NCBI RefSeq assembly: GCF_001949145.1
Contig: NW_019091404.1
Span: 310,001-372,000 of the forward strand
Length of the DNA stretch: 62,000 nucleotides
Direction of reading: 5' to 3'
Source of the DNA: Acanthaster planci
Lineage: Eukaryota
Within the stretch, counting starts at the first letter, position 1. Each line of letters starts with the position of its first letter. Of the stretch, positions 37,898-50,800 are shown one piece after another. A program made the position numbers and the translations under genes. Below the pieces are notes generated by a model. That model was not told the origin of the DNA. It was given only the letters and a program-made list of their open reading frames with translations, and did no database searches.

Positions 37898-38097
37898 ATC
37901 CGGTTCGTAAGTGTGACGTCACTTTAGTTTAAACCACGCCCACTGCACACATGCACTGCATACGGTTACATGCACTGATCGCCGTTTACATGGAACCATG
38001 GAACCGGAAGTTAACGCGCAACTTCAGCGGTTGTCCAATGAGAGCCTGCAAACCGTGGCGCGTCCGCCTTTGTGACGACGACACTTACGAACCGGAT
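37898..38097. mobile_element. MITE, family 3
   Basis: TIRs ATCCGGTTCGTAAGTGT and ACACTTACGAACCGGAT. The interior is the reverse complement of 19235-19435. Confidence 0.8.
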
Positions 38098-38812
38098 GGG
38101 CAGACAATGGGCAGAACGGTGGGTGACAGCGCGTTCAGTGGGCATTACGCTAAACGCACTTACATTGCCTGTATTGTGCTCCCAAAATATTGCGTTTTTT
38201 GCTTTTCGACACTGCTATCTCTTCTTTTCAAATGTTGCAATCGCAGCCTTTTGAATCTACATTGGCCAGATTAAGTAAATTGAAGCTTTTTTTTTTTGAG
38301 AATCAATAACCGTCTTCATAAAATTTTGGGGCTTGAATTCTTCAACTGTGCGTAAATTTCCTATTACCGAGGAGTGAATTCGCATATTTTGATTTTAGTC
38401 GGGCCACTTGCATTGTCATGGAATACTCCTGTAGTTTTGAATAGGATCTAGTGGTCTATGCGTTAAATGTCTGTGTTTCTGAGGCCGTGTCCAAAACGGG
38501 CTTCCGGGGCTATGGCTAAGTCTGTTGGCTGCCCGTCCCCACATAATTCAATGGAGTAAATACCAAGACCAAGCTCTATAGACAACAGCTTCGGATGAAG
38601 CCTGACTTCCCGTGAACTGAATCTGCTTGCCCTGACGAAGGAACACAGTTACCAAAAGCTCAGCATTAGATACATATAAGAGCACTGACTGTATGTCGAT
38701 ATTTGTCAATTTCCTGTGATAGCAGTATCTTTGGAATAAATACAGGGAGGTCTTGGAACCCAAACTGCATTGCCAACATTTCTGGCCAACAGTTTCCACA
38801 GATAGGCCTATA

Positions 38813-38981
38813 CGGGCGATTCACAATAGTGCGCCACCAAGAGTTTGGAACACGTTGGCCAATCATAACGCGCGAAATTTGTCGACCCTTTCCAAACGCG
38901 CATTGGGTCGACAAATTTCGCGCAGTTGTGATTGGCCAATGCGTGGCAAACTCTTGGTGGCGCACTATTGTGAAACGGCCG
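38813..38981. mobile_element. Palindromic MITE, family 1, upstream of the LU gene
   Basis: Fold-back element flanked by TA. It closely matches the reverse complement of 2301-2468. Confidence 0.8.
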
Positions 38982-39281
38982 TATTGGAATAAATTTAATT
39001 CCTCAATAAAACGACGCGTCCCCGGTAGGGCGTGCGTGTAGTAAGGGCATTGCGCGCGCGCCACAAACCCTCGCCGGTGCGCGTAATTCAAACTGTGTGT
39101 GACGTGACGCCTGCCGTGTGTGTACGTGTTCTGTTCATCGATTGTGAGAATTCAAAACGAATACGCTGCGCTGCTGCACTCTAAAATACACCGCATAGGC
39201 CTAAATTCAGGACGAAGGCCCAGCGGGTGGGCCTATATATTTCAAATTTTGCCCTGTCAAATTTTGGACAAAACTACCGGA

Positions 39282-42200
39282 ATGGAATTGCTTTGTTTGA
39301 AGACGGTGCTGTGCGTTGTTTTCTCAGGTAGGTTCACTTTTTTGTACCTTAAATCTACTTATGGCCTACTGGCCAAATAGAACACGTTTAGGCCCAGACC
39401 TTCATGTGTGTCAGTTTCATCTACTGTAATAGACCTAATCTAACCCCTTAGATAAGAATTCGCCAATGAAAGTTCCATAGTAAAAGGACAAATTTTGAAT
39501 TTTTATTCTCTCTCAAGTCTGCTGCGCGATAGGGCCTAGGGGCCTATAGACAAAAGGTTTAGACTTGGCAATCTTTATCAAGTTTTGACAGATCTCTTTT
39601 ATCACTAACGCTACAGTATTCACACCACCTCAAATGCCAGAATGCTATAAGAACTTCACATTTCTCTGAACGTTCTACGAAATAGGCATAGCCTAATAAA
39701 CCGTTTTGCAATTAAATTTGAATAAAATCTAGTAGACCTACGCTGAGTTTTTGCACATAAACACAGGCCTAGGTTTAGTCCTAACAATTTGAATTCCCCA
39801 GACTAGCCTAAATACAATGTTGTTATAGACCTATATACCTTGCTATTCGGGACAAGCTTTTGCATAGCGACCATCACCTCTGGCATGGACTGGTTCCTTT
39901 GTGCCCGTCTTATCTATTGAGAACAGTGTATTGGTGGAAGCGTCTCTTACATGACCAAGCAAACCTTGCCCCAAATCACGAAGTAGGCAACAGTGTATTC
40001 AGCATGGAGAATTCAAATTGTTATGTTCATGTAAACCAAAGAACTCCATGTATCAGATTTTATTCAAATTTAACTCGCAAAAGGCTTAGGCCTCTTACAG
40101 GCCTAAAGGGGGGGGGGGAAAGCAGACATTGTATTGCCTATTAGTACATTTCACATACAGATATGTGAAAAATCCACTGAAGCTAACATGCGGAGATGTC
40201 CTAAAATGACAGGCGGCAACATCCGAGTCTTAAATCAGGCAGACCTCTAAAATAAAATCCACCTTGCTCCATCTTTACTGTGTGGACCGTTCTTTGACTA
40301 TGACTTTTGCCATGATTAACGTCTACAAAAACAAACCTTTCATATGACTCTTTTTTTTCTATCCTCAACAGTTTCAATATTCATAGCGCTGACTCCGGTC
40401 GGTAAGTGAATAGGCCTACAGTGATGCCCAACAAAATCTTTGGGTTGTCATGTCAAGGGTACACATTCCAAATTTATTTTGGAATTTCAAAAAGGAAAAC
40501 CACCACAAACTTGAAAATGTGAATTTGGATCAGAAAAGAGACTAGACTGAAAATCAGTTCCTCTCGGTTAATTAATCACAATTACTCTAAATCCTTAATT
40601 GAATCATCAATTATCAGATTAATTACAAGTTACTTCCGGTTCTTGTTCAAATCTTTAATCATTTTGGAAGGATGTAGTACGATTCAAGAAGGGAAATGTC
40701 AATGTCACTAAGTCTATTGCCTCCAATCTTTGATTTATGGTAACAACTTTAACGTCTGTTCGGTGAAGATCATCAAATAATCACTTCTCATTTCCTTTCT
40801 CTTCACAGTGTTAGCATCGACAAACGGTACGTACTCTTATAGCTGGGATTTTTCACGGATGCCAAATTTATGTTTAGTACGAAAACAGTGCAATCTCCGT
40901 TTCGTGTTTCGAGTTGGGAATGTGGAATTTTAGTTTGATGTTTGTGATATTTTGTTATGAAGGTTAAATTGTTTCGTTTTGGTCGCTGATTTCGGAGATG
41001 AAATAGTTGTAAAGTTGCATTTTAATCTTAGTTTTGTGGCTTTCTCTCTTTTCCGACAGCACCAACGTCTGGTAAGTAGCCTTTCAGCTTGTAATGATAT
41101 GTTCAAGAATCAATTTAGTTGTTTCGAAATTTCGATGATTCTCAAGTCCTAGTATACAATAAGTTTGGCCTGCCCTTCATCTTGTTTACATCTTACTTAC
41201 AAAACATGTTTGCTGTAATACCCAGTATCTAGGAGTCATGGCATTTGCTCTGCATACCTATAATGCTTTCACCTAATGAAGTGAAAAAGTGAAGTAGTTT
41301 TTCATTTGCTAGTATCAAACATTTATGTTTCAAAACCTTTTTTTACTGACGTCTGTTTTGTAGGGAAGTCATGTATCAATTCAGTATTATTTAAATTCAG
41401 AAACAGATTTGGGAATCGAAAAGAATTGTACTAAAGAAATCTCTATCCATAGAATATGATTTCGTGCTACTTAAGGCATGCACTTTAACCCTCAAGCAAC
41501 CTTTGACAATCTTAATGATTAATTTCAGCTCCAGGCGGTGGCGACGAGGAAGAGGTAATCATCGGTGTGGGCAACATCGACGTCCGCTGCTACACCTGCG
41601 ACAACGTGCAAGATAATGACGAGTGCAACGGCGTGCACGTTAGTATTTCGGCACGGTTTGAGCACCGCCCAATGTCTTAATTTGACCAATCACAGCTGGC
41701 ACATGCTGCAAGGCAAAGCTGCCCACGTGCCCAGAGGGCGGGGCTGACTTGGATCGGTTTGTTTTTAATGCATTCACTAAACACCGAGTGCACAGACTTT
41801 TTTGGGTATTGAGCCACTAGAATACGGGTGTTACGCCTTGAGCCCAGTGTCCAAAAGTAAGAAAGAACACCAATAACATAAAAAATGTGTCAGTCGAAAA
41901 AAAAAAGAAAAAAAGGAAAAAAAGTAAAATAATGATTCTACGGAAGCGTTTTGCTGCCTACGACTCATTATCTGATTTAAACAACATAGTTATCTCGTTT
42001 AAACGACTTAGTATCTTGTTTAAACGACAGAGCTATTTCGTCTAGGCCTAAATGGCATACATGTAGACATCTCGTTTTAATTAAACAAGATAACTATGTC
42101 GTTTAAACGAGATAAAATAATTTGGCAGCAATATGCTTCCGTACATTTCGTAAAGGTCACTGATGCCTCACTGCGATAAATCACTGAAGGTCAACTCCAG

Positions 42201-43264
42201 GTTATCCGCTTAGGGCAAACAAGAGAGGGCGTACTTGTACATTTTAACAACGGTTCTTGTGCGGATCAGAATACTTTTATTTAGTTACTTAAACTTTTGT
42301 TCTTACCGTCTTGTTATCCTTTCTTTTTTTCAGCTGGGAGAAAACGGGACATTGACCAAGTGTACCTACGAGCGATCCAACTGTTTTAGCCTGATCAAGA
42401 TGAACGCCGCCGGGGACGGCTACACGGCTCAGAAGGGCTGCATGGAATTCGTAAGTAATTTGACCGACAGGTTCGCTGGAGCTGACTGTTCAACCTGCCT
42501 CCCATCGTTGTGCATGTTGTTGATCCGAAAACACACACGTTAATTTAATGTCTCTTCTAATCCTATGGCAGCGGCGGTGCAACTTTTGTGCATTATTAAA
42601 ACAGGATGAAGTTTTCCCACCTCTTTCAAAGTTTTCCTATACCAGGAAATGTGCGTGTATGACGGTGCTGGGTTTTGAGCTATATTTCTCATTGAGGTCC
42701 TTATTTTGTCACTGGTGTCACAAAATGTTTGTGTGTTATAAGAGGGTTCGGGAGACAAAATTCACAGTTTTTAAACATGCATTTGGAGTAGAGTACCCAC
42801 GTCTATAGCTCTTTCCTTTGCGCTTTGACGAATGCTTTGTGCACATTTCACTGTACGATGTTATTGACAGAGCTCTGTAAATGTCTACTTCTGATTCCTG
42901 ACGTCAACAGGACGAATGCTACGACAGGTTCTACGAATTGGTGTCGGACCCCATCAAGGGGGCCGATTGTATGCGGTTCGGTATCCTGGGCCACGACCCG
43001 CTGCCGGCCGACATCGAGTGCTTCTACTGCTGCTTCTCCGCCGAGGGTCAGTCCCAGGACTCCTGCAACCAGGCCATGGGGGTCAGCTTCCTGGCCCTGC
43101 CCGAGCCCAACAACTGGGACCCGGCCGTGGACAAGTGGGAGGGACACGAGCCAGGGGTGAGCACGGCGCCGCCCGAGGTCACCAGCGGCGGCGACCCGGT
43201 GGCCCGTCCTCTGGCGGCTGTGGTCGGCCTCCACCTGCTGCTGTTCTCCGCTCTTCTCGCCTAG
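39282..43264 (+). CDS. Ly6/uPAR (LU, three-finger) domain protein, LYPD6-like, predicted GPI-anchored (~228 aa)
   Basis: Exons 39282-39327, 40372-40401, 40809-40826, 41060-41071, 41529-41638, 42334-42450, 42911-43264 splice in frame (687 nt). Signal peptide MELLCLKTVLCVVFSVSIFIALTPVVLA. The LU pattern CYTC...C...C...C...KGC...C...C...CFYCC...CN has 12 Cys. A Pro/Ser/Thr linker and hydrophobic C-terminus (LAAVVGLHLLLFSALLA*) are typical of a GPI signal. Confidence 0.88.
39700..40088. mobile_element. Fold-back non-autonomous DNA element, family 2, in intron 1 of the LU gene
   Basis: The core CTTTTGCATAGCGACCA...CAGTGTATTGGTG and the arms align with 9454-9808. Confidence 0.7.
41939..42143. mobile_element. 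MITE with TACGGAAGC termini and internal GTTTAAAC repeats
   Basis: TIRs TACGGAAGCGTTTTGCTGCC and GGCAGCAATATGCTTCCGTA. Internal ~20-bp ATCTCGTTTAAACGAC repeats occur in both orientations. Confidence 0.75.
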
Positions 43265-44586
43265 TGCGCGCGAATGGATGCTCCTTCACGCCCAGAACTC
43301 AAGAGCCTCACATTACCCATCGGAATGATTTCGGAAACAAAAAGGTTGAAATTAATTTCCGTTGTGTCAGTAGCCTAACATTGACATTACTGAGCTCAAA
43401 ATGAATGTGGATGAAAAATGGAAAGTCACACAATGGTTGGCCCGATTGCACAAGGAAACTGGCGAGCCATTCCTTTGCGGTTTGCCAGTGCTGTTCAAGA
43501 CTTAGCTGCCAGAAACCCAAGACCAATTTAGCATGACAACAAAATAAAGTGGTAAATTTGTCATTTTATTCCATCCTAGCAATAAACAGTTTTTTCCGAT
43601 AATATTTCAAGATACGAGTGACATCTCAGTGTTTATACGTGAAGATTATTCTGTATAATCATTAATATATGCTATTTTTATGATTCCAAGGTGAATGATA
43701 TCCAAAATTTGAAGATCTAAAATTGAACAAATTTGCACAAATGACTTTGAAAAGAGAAAAGTAACCAAAATAAAAAACAATGAAATTTTATTTACACCTT
43801 CAATTTAAACCGTATTCCACGCTTGTGCATTTCATGCAATTTCTTTCATACTATGTTTTGCTGTTTTAAAACTTGACCTCCGGGAGCCCCCCCGTACGTC
43901 TTCTACCCATGCGCACAAACATTACACTCCTGACAACTGACCTCATATGACGCTTTCGGAAATATAAAGCCGATTTTATTGACGGTCCAGGTTGGACGAC
44001 AGAAATAAACGGTTTGAGCGGTCCCAGCAGAGACAAAAGGTGTAACCAACTGACTTTGTTTTGTGAGTGCTTGTTTTTCTGTTGAATCTCGACGCACTTT
44101 ATGACGCAGAGAAAAAACCTAGGAAACTTGCTGGTAAAATGCTTTAGTCGTATCTTCGGTCATTTCTTGGTCGTGTCTTCCATTTCGGCAGTAAGGTTGA
44201 TTCAATTTTTTTTCTAAACGCGCCTGGCAGTTGGTATATGTGACGCCCTCATTACATATACAGTCCTCTTGAAGGAAAAACATAAGCCACCGAATAACCG
44301 TTTAATGAATTAAAAATGTTCTTTCATATTACAAATACTGAAGAAAACTGATATATGACTCGGGTAAAGGTATAAAATTAACAAGTAATGTAGCTGTTAC
44401 TTTAAAATGTAGCTAGCTGTTTGAATGTGTCGCCTTCCCCAAAGGCAAACTCGTAGTTATAGGCTTGCTTTCCTTGGCACAGCAAAATTTTAAGATGCAT
44501 GCACATACTGTTAGGAACCAACTTAACTTCATCGCACGTGTAGTTTCCTCGTTCGAGGACGCTGGGATGGCTTAACTTCAGAGAGG

Positions 44587-47271
44587 TCAACCTCCTAGTT
44601 CCTGCTGATGTTTAGAGCCACCTGCCCGGCACTTCAGCTTGACGCAGCGGCGCAGCACTCTGGATGTTGGCTTTCCGAGGGCCTTCGCTCTCCGCTTCCC
44701 GGTCCTCTGATGCTTTAGGTGAGCGCAGATCTTCGCAGCGTCCTCGCAGGTCTTTCCGCGCAGGTCCACCTCGTAGTCGATGCCCTGGATGCTCAGGGGT
44801 CGGCCCGCGTCTGAGTCCCCTGACTGGTAGGGGCTGAGGGCCCGGTGGACCAGGCCCTGCTTTGGCGACCTCCCCCGCCCTTTGTGGTACAGCTCCACCA
44901 TCCAGACAGCCGACTGGGTGACCGGGTTACTCTCAGGTGCCATGTCCGCTCGCAGGTCGAGGCTGACGTTGTTAAGGACGCCTGCGGTTACAGCGCCCGT
45001 TGCCACGCTAAGGTCGAGGCCGGCGATCACAATTACTGATTAGAGTAAAAGAAATTCGAAGTTAACTTTATTTGCTTACCAACATTGTCAAATGAGAGAA
45101 AGGAAGGCTCCAAACTGATTCTATACATAATTGCAAAAACTGTGAATGGTCCACACGGTTACTATTAAAGTAACCCGGTACCTACTTTAACAGCACAGAT
45201 TACGCTTTGAAATTTAAAAGGACCTGTGATGCTGTTGTCCATCGTTTTCCGGTATACTATTTTTCGGCGTAATGTTATTTCAGTGGTTATTCAATAAACT
45301 AAATCCATACCTGGGTTGGGATTCTTTTTGAGTTTCTTCGGTCCCTTCCGAGGTTGATGTTGCTCTGTTGCAGCGTGGGCCAGACCCTGCACATGCTGCT
45401 CGATCTCCTGCGTGGGCGCAGCCGCAGCCAGCGCCACCCCGACAGCATCGGCATCGTCGGCCACCACCAACCCAATGTCTCCACGGTCCAGGTCGGTCGG
45501 CAGCGGGCACGGGCACTCGCCCCGGCAGGCCAGGTATAGGGAGTGCTGCCGGCAGGCCGCCGCGCACAGGGCGCACTCGTTGCCGTAGGTGGTCCCATCG
45601 CTGCCGCAGACGGGGCTGAGTATCCGTGTGCAACCGAAACGGCATGTGTGCCTCTTGGCGGACGACGAGACGCGACCTTTTACCTTTCCTAAACACAATA
45701 AAAAAAAAAAGACACCCACAGCCACAACCTTCAACCATCACCTCAATTCCAAAACTATGAATCTTCCAGCACAACCTCAACCTTTACTGAAGTCGAGGGA
45801 ACACTACCATGACAAAGCCCCTGAAATTGTGTGACAACGAATATGAACCTGAAGCTGAACCAAGAGAGCGCGCCATTCTTTTCTTTCGTCGGAAGTAAAC
45901 TTCACTGGTTCACGAACGAGTGTAAAATGCACGCGTTACGGTCGCATAGCTACCAACAACATGAGCACTTCTGACCTACATAGCCTTTATCAACCGATGA
46001 TGATGTGCTTCTGCTAGAGGTGGATAATTCATTATGATACTCCAAACTTTGCCGATGAATAATTTTTTTGGAGGGAGAGGTTGTGCGGATGAAGCACCCT
46101 TAAATGTGGCGAATCAGTCGCATCAATATTTGCAGTTGATGTGACTGACCCCTTTGAACTGGATGTCGACCACACCGCTTTACCAACCAAAACGACCCCA
46201 GAGAAAATAGTCTAACTGCCGAAAATAGACCACGACCATAGAGCTATATATAAAAACAAGAGCGCTAAAATTTGGCACCATCCTGGGTGCAGACATTTTA
46301 AATCTATGCGCGTGCTTGTAGAACATTACAAATGAGATGGAATAGGTATCGAACTATGTATTCTAAATGCAACGCATAAGAACAACACAAGCGAATGTCA
46401 GTGCGTCTTTGGAATAAGGCGCACACGTACAGAGCAATGGCGCATATTAAGGTAATCAGCTACTGCACATCCTTAATTGATTATTTTAAAACGAATGTTT
46501 CCCTGACATTCGAGCAAGGTTGTTCAATTTCGTATGTACGTCTTTCGACGGCTGTCTTTCGATGAATACGTTGAGCTTAAAAAAATCGTTCCCTGGTTCC
46601 AGTCAGTATCAAGTGAGTCGACGGCTCTGGAGCAGCAGCTGTCGTGCGAATTGGGTACCCATAAAATCCGATTTAAAAAGTCACGGAAAAATTCATGTGC
46701 AGTTTGTACGCGCAAGCGTTTGTGTTTTTTTTGGGGGGGGCAGAGCCAAATGAAACGCTCATTTGTTGATTGGGGGTTCAGGTTGTTTGTGTATCGACTT
46801 TGTTGACGTGTCGTTTTAGAATACAGACAGAGATATGCAAAATAGAAGTACAGAAGCCGTACAAAATGTCGAGTTTTCCATAGGTTAGTGCACAAACATG
46901 GATGCGTCAAGCAGGCATCACTTTGTACGTGAGCCGGCGCTCTAGTTTTCATTCTAGCTCTTTGACTATAACCTACTTTAGAAGTCCAGATTCCGTTTGA
47001 CGATAGACAGCCACCACGATGGACATAGAGGGCCGTGACACCGAGGATGGAACCTCTTCCCGGAGGGGAGGTACTCCTCATAGGACCCCCCCCGCCGCTC
47101 ACCATTTCCCCTCCCTTTCCTCCCACCTCTGACTGCGTCCCTACCTGGTCGAATCTTGATCACGCCCACCGCGGGATCCGAGGCGCAAGTGTCGTGGTAG
47201 TTGTTAGCCACCGATGACGCCGCAGCACCCAGTGCGGCCAGCAAGACCAGAATCTCCGCCGCTCTCACCAT
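44587..47271 (-). CDS. Secreted Kazal-domain protein 1 with a basic C-terminal 4-Cys domain (~317 aa)
   Basis: Exons 47145-47271 (signal peptide [24 protein letters not shown]), 45311-45688 (Kazal [31 protein letters not shown]...CRGECPC plus linker), 44587-45035 (~148 aa domain, stop). All junctions are phase 1 with GT-AG. Confidence 0.88.
46236..46964. mobile_element. Non-autonomous DNA element with CCATAGAG-type termini in an intron of Kazal gene 1
   Basis: Inverted, diverged copy of 36683-37836 (for example GTGCACAAACATGGATGCG...AGGCATCACTTTGTAC). Confidence 0.65.
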
Positions 47272-47622
47272 TTTGCCAAACGTGCTGAAATTAGACGTAA
47301 AATCTTGAGTTCCTTTCCAAAGATGCTTCTTCTATTTTTGTGTAGAATTTCAGTGCTTTCTTGTGCATTTACTAAGGATGAATGTGAAAATCTGTACACT
47401 ATTTTTCGGGTTTATTGCCATCAATGCCGGCATGCTGTCTGGAAATTGAAATAACGTATAGAGGCTTTGCGTGGTAGCCATCTGGCAGGGGAAGTTCTTT
47501 GTTTCACCGGGAAAACTCCTTTGTGCATATCCTGTGGAACAAAAGCACTGACCTGCAAGATGGTAGTTATGCAAACCCTCCATAGTCTGCCCAAAACTTT
47601 TGATTAGTGAGATTTTATTTTT

Positions 47623-47850
47623 TGGCCAGGTTCCTGCTTTGTGGCCTTGGGAAAACCATCACACCTGCTTGTCTCTCTTCACACAGGAGTATAAATGGGT
47701 AGTAACAGTTTGAGGGCATGGCAAGCAACACGTGATGGACTGGCATTCCATTCTGGGGAAATAGAAATATTCTCAGTCGTTTCACGCCATGGAGACCGGA
47801 GATAACCACCAACCTGAAGATCCAGGTGGCTCGGAACAGATTTCCTTTTT
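47623..47850 (+). mobile_element. Degenerate SINE body (Deu/Nin-domain-like, tentative)
   Basis: CCTTGGGAAAA...CACACAGGAGTATAAATGGGTA...GATGGACTGGCATTCCATTCTGGGG...AGTCGTTTCACGC. It shares the central motif with the SINE at 52451 and resembles, from memory, widespread invertebrate SINE cores. Confidence 0.5.
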
Positions 47851-50800
47851 TTCGCCTTCTACAGGCACAAGAACAATCATGGGACCGGGAACCAGACCAT
47901 CTGATTTCGTAATCATCATCCTCAGCCCCCGAGGGGAAACCGAGCTATATCTTTCCCAGCGTTAATATTTAAACCCTGCTGATCTTTAACCCACATTACG
48001 GTTAGAAGGTGCATGCGTACATGTACATTGCTTCAGGTTGATCGATGTTGACTTCAAGACCGTGGGAACGGGGAAGCTGCAGGATCAAACTTTGAGTTTG
48101 TTTTGAAAGCTCAAAAGCGCAGGATTGAGCTAGGATGCTTATAAACAATTGACAGTGAAGCATGTTAAAGTACTAAGCTGTTTCACATGCACGTTTTGGC
48201 TTTTCTGAACTGAGGATTTAATGTTTTGCTTGAGGATTTAATGTTTTGCAGGGTGAGTAAAGGGTTGATCCCCTCACCGGTTGCTGTATGAGGGGAATAT
48301 ATTCACCACAGCGGTCAGAAGAAAAAAAATACTGCAAGTGGAGAAGCAATCAAACAAGCCTGGAATTTCTCTTGGAGTCGTCGTGACGAACGCCGGTTAC
48401 CAAAGAATGGATTAAGGTCAAAGGTTTAATTCGGTACAGCTTCGATGCGGCATGTTGAAAGAATCAAATTCGGAAGGACAGCTGTGACGGCGTATGGTTT
48501 GTCGATTCCCGACGTCATTATACACAGACGTTAAGGGGAACGTGATGGGGCCAAACAGTGTTTCTTTCCGGATATTAAATATGAAGCTATAAAGCAGGGG
48601 ATATGGGCCAAATAAATTAGGCCCATTAGCTCTTAATTATTTCAGGTGGCAGTACAAGTCGCTAAAACTCTACAAATGGCACTGTCGCAACCCCCTTGAC
48701 CTTCCAAGCATAATTTCTACACTGGAATGTTTCCACAAACCCTTCATCGTTTACAATGTGGTCCAAAACATTCGATAGACTATATTATATCAATTATCAC
48801 ACGAAAGCAAGTGGGACACCGAGTAATGTAGTGCGTCTGTGCCCCGTATACCACGACACCGAATTTATATATCAAACTTGGAGGTTGAGTTCTCGTTTTT
48901 TGAGGGATTGATAACACTATAATATAATTTGACCACCAGAATTGGAAGCCATTACTGCGGTGGCACAACCCTCGTAGATAGGTAGTACGCGCGCGTTACA
49001 CTGCCTCTTCGATCAATAGGGTGTCGTGATTTGCCAAATGCACGCGCGCGTCAAGGTGGAGAATGTGCTCGTGAGTGCGGTACCAGCAAAGTTAGGGCGT
49101 CTAATCAGATTAGTCAATATGCCATTCTCCTGGAGTCCCTGAAGGGAAAGATAAAAATGAATTTGAAAAAAATGGAATTGAGGTCACTTAAGGTCAGTGT
49201 CCGTAAAACAAAGTGAGTAAACAAATGAAAGGTCAATTGCTATTAATTTGCCTTGGCCTGTTCCAGTTTAAATCAGTGTTTGGAAGCTCGGGGTACAATT
49301 GGATGTCTCTTTTTTCAGAATCCTGCATCACGGAATTTCCAAATTTCTCGAGCGAGGGCACGCAAGATGCAGCAAAGTTCGCTGGGACAGTTGTTACGTT
49401 GCGGCACGGGACGGTGAGACGATTGCCGTTGTGTCAGTCGCACAGGACACGCAACATCGCTTCCAATCAAGTTCGGTCTGCTTCGATGGCAATCTTAATG
49501 TGAAACTGCAGACTGGAAGCCTTTCTGATCATATCAGCCCCATTAAAATGAAAATGGCACTCAGAAGGAGACTTAATTTATGTGAAAGGGAAGCCTCCTT
49601 GAAGAGGAAAACAATTTGATCTTAACTTTCTGATACGAATTATTGGAACTTCTATTGTAAAATGTTTTACGCAAAACTAGAGCATTATACTGCTGCCATG
49701 TTGGAGTCAACACATATATAAAACAAGGACTTGAGCTGAAACGGCGAGATTTCAATCAGCTACATGTGTAGTTCACAAAATGTCTGACATCGGGCCAATT
49801 TATGGCGCTGTGAAAAAACGCGCACACTGGAGCTGTGTACGTCACAGTGTCTTCAGGCATTCAGCGGACATTGTCACTAAAAACCACTGTGCAACATTTT
49901 GAAGAATAAAAATAACATGAATTCAAAATATTCTTCGTAAGGGGCAGAGTCACACCAGCTAGGCAACTTTGAGACGACCAAAAACACACTACAAATGCCC
50001 ACAGAGAAGGCAGTGTTCAAAACAGAAGTTTTCTCCATTATTTAGGATACGTGAAACCACCATTCCTTTCAGTGACAACTCCAGGCAAGGTAGGAATATG
50101 CTACGGTCTTACCGTAAATTTGAAGCTTGCAGGTGCTGCTCTCAGTTCTCTGGGAAACGCAAAATGTAACAGCTGCGTTGTAATCCTCGGCAAATGACAT
50201 GAACTTGCGGAAAATCAGAACCGCCCTTAAGAGTTGAACAGAAACAGAAGCCCGAATTCGTGGAAGAACAGCTGTGCCGACCTTTACACAACAGAAATGT
50301 ATCCCGTCACTGTGTGTCAGTGATGTCGCCCGAGATTTTCCCGAACCACAGGCCTAAAAATGTAAACAACCGGGGTCCAACTTGGAATTGACTCTGAGCC
50401 GAAAGTCGCGTGCGACGTGCGTCCACAGTTCCTGCATGGCCTCAAGTACATGCACTGGCAGATGTGCGATGCGACAGACGTGACTCATAATAACGCAATC
50501 TCTGACGCGGGACCCCTTTCATTATCAAAATACGCAGTGCTGCCAACCTGATCATGGAATTTGTGTCAATCACGCAAAGAGCACTTTCCAGCTATGCGAA
50601 TTAAGACGGCTCCCCCGTGTGACTTTTGAAAATGCGTCCCCCCCCATCTCCCGCCGGGTCGGACCATTAAGCCCCTTTAAGGTCTTGAGTGTGCAGCAAT
50701 AAATCTCATTGAAATTTGGCATAAATGTAACAACCACCTCGCCCTGTTCATCTGCAAGCCCTCAGTTGTTGTAAACGTGGCTACGGGCTTGTCACAATAA

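Noticed and set aside
42848..45780. Overlapping alternative-frame and antisense ORFs over the GC-rich exons
   Set aside because: Shadow ORFs caused by high GC at third codon positions of the real exons. They have no domain features.
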